Positions 15,797-16,720 of a stretch of DNA of 16,720 nucleotides are shown in pieces (position 1 is the stretch's first letter; every line of letters starts with the position of its first letter). A program made the position numbers and the translations under genes. Location of the stretch: positions 1 to 16,720 of the forward strand of contig JBMFIG010000031.1 of the NCBI GenBank assembly GCA_049976425.1, written 5' to 3'. The notes under the pieces are model-generated. The model saw only the letters and a list, made by a program, of their open reading frames with translations, had not been told where the DNA came from and ran no database searches. Source of the DNA: Thermoproteus sp. (GTDB taxonomy: Archaea; Thermoproteota; Thermoprotei; Thermoproteales; Thermoproteaceae).

Positions 15797-16470
15797 CGGC
15801 CGGCCAGAGGCCTAGCCAGCTCGAGTATCTTGGCGTAGTGGTCCTTGGCCTTGACGGCGGCGCTGGCCAGGAGAACGCCCCTAGTGCCGAGCCTCAACGC
15901 CGCCTCGACGTCCTCCCCTGACTCTATCCCCGCCCCCGTGATCACGGCGACGTCGGGGAAATGCCTCTTGACTAGCTCGACGGTCTCGACGACAGTCTCC
16001 GGCTTGTACTTGGAGACGGCTCTCCCCGTCCCTATGAGCTCGGGCGGCTCGACCGCCACCGCGTGAGGCCCCAGGGCGGCCGCGGCGAGGCTCGTCTTGG
16101 GATCAGGCGCGCAGACGACCACGTCGAGCCCCGCCGACCTGGCCCTCGCCACGAGCCTCGCCAAGTCGTTAAGCCTCAAGGGGGCCTCGCTGTGGTTCAA
16201 TATAATGCCCGACGCGCCCGCCTCCTTCACGTTGTCCACAGCCACGTGGGCCGTGTAGGCCCCCGGGGACTCCACGTCGGCGCCTTGGGCGTAGACAGGT
16301 ATGCCCACCGACTGGGCCACGAGGGCGAGCTCCAGATGGCTCGGGGCCACCGCCACGTTGACGCCGAGCTCCTTGGACACCCTCTCAGCGGCCTTGGCTA
16401 TATCGACTGCCCTACGCCCTGCCGCCTCGCCGTACGCCTTGAAGTTTATTATCAAGATCGGCAACTTCAT
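15793..16470 (-). CDS. tpiA: Triosephosphate isomerase, archaeal type
   Basis: 225 aa with [37 protein letters not shown] box at ~16491-16498. Confidence 0.97.
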   Translation of the reverse strand: MKLPILIINFKAYGEAAGRRAVDIAKAAERVSKELGVNVAVAPSHLELALVAQSVGIPVYAQGADVESPGAYTAHVAVDNVKEAGASGIILNHSEAPLRLNDLARLVARARSAGLDVVVCAPDPKTSLAAAALGPHAVAVEPPELIGTGRAVSKYKPETVVETVELVKRHFPDVAVITGAGIESGEDVEAALRLGTRGVLLASAAVKAKDHYAKILELARPLAGR

Positions 16471-16555
16471 GCACTAGTGGAACTCCACCCGATTTAAACT
16501 TACCCCCGCAGTGTGTGTGGACCAGATAACACTTATGGCTTGTGGTGTGAAGAGG

Positions 16556-16695
16556 AGCCGCGGCTCCGGCCGCCGGCGCCGGTTTGGCCGACGGCCCCGG
16601 GCGGGTTGCCCCGTCCGAGGCCGCCGGTTTATCCCCGCGTCGCCTCCGCGGTTGGGCCGCGGAGGCTTAGGCCGGGGGCGGTCGAAACCGCGGCT
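16556..16695 (-). ncRNA. Candidate structured non-coding RNA of unknown family (~140 nt)
   Basis: 19-bp closing stem, 10-bp perfect hairpin, 18-bp hairpin with a GCAA loop, A-rich linkers, and ATAAATA at 16720-16714. Confidence 0.6.
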
Positions 16696-16720
16696 GTATC
16701 TCTGATGTCCCAGTATTTAT

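Noticed and set aside
285-16497. Numerous overlapping or antisense ORFs (e.g. 285..713, 891..1451, 1298..2041, 5550..6080, 10340..10840, 16063..16497)
   Set aside because: Shadow ORFs of GC-rich coding sequence: they overlap well-supported genes and show no motifs.
16497-16512. AACTTACCCCCGCAGT as an operator-like motif beside the tpiA TATA box
   Set aside because: Single, weakly palindromic copy with no second instance in the window to support it.
16556-16695. Assignment as permuted SRP RNA, type T RNase P, 5S rRNA, tRNA or hammerhead
   Set aside because: No SRP helix-8 motif, no GAGGAA(A/N)UCC RNase P motif, no cloverleaf or TTCG arm in context, no CUGANGA core; also too short for SRP or RNase P.
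16511-16705. 64-aa plus-strand ORF (R/G/P-rich)
   Set aside because: Low-complexity translation of the GC-rich stem region, with no protein-like features; RNA structure explains the sequence better.

Overview
GC-rich archaeal DNA, most consistent with a Thermoproteaceae crenarchaeon (Thermoproteus/Pyrobaculum-like). Support: archaeal-type tpiA, PaREP families, and TATA boxes about 26 bp upstream of most start codons, implying leaderless mRNAs. The window is a plastic accessory region. Intact genes: FAH-family hydrolase, ATPase-DUF234, DHH phosphoesterase, a fused HEPN-MNT toxin-antitoxin, an AbiEii/DUF6036-like nucleotidyltransferase with an unknown Cys-rich partner, DUF1646 transporter, PaREP1, pterin carbinolamine dehydratase, a tandem HMA-like protein, a wHTH regulator, a thioredoxin-fold protein and tpiA. 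Broken genes: three apparent microhomology deletion junctions (SDR/ADH, GNAT/sulfite-oxidase-like, internal ATPase) and several 1-bp deletions in base runs, which could be real decay or sequencing/assembly error. The most striking unexplained element is a ~140-nt, almost fully base-paired, three-helix RNA candidate on the minus strand (16556-16695) with its own TATA-like box, upstream of tpiA. All family assignments come from motif recognition, not database searches.
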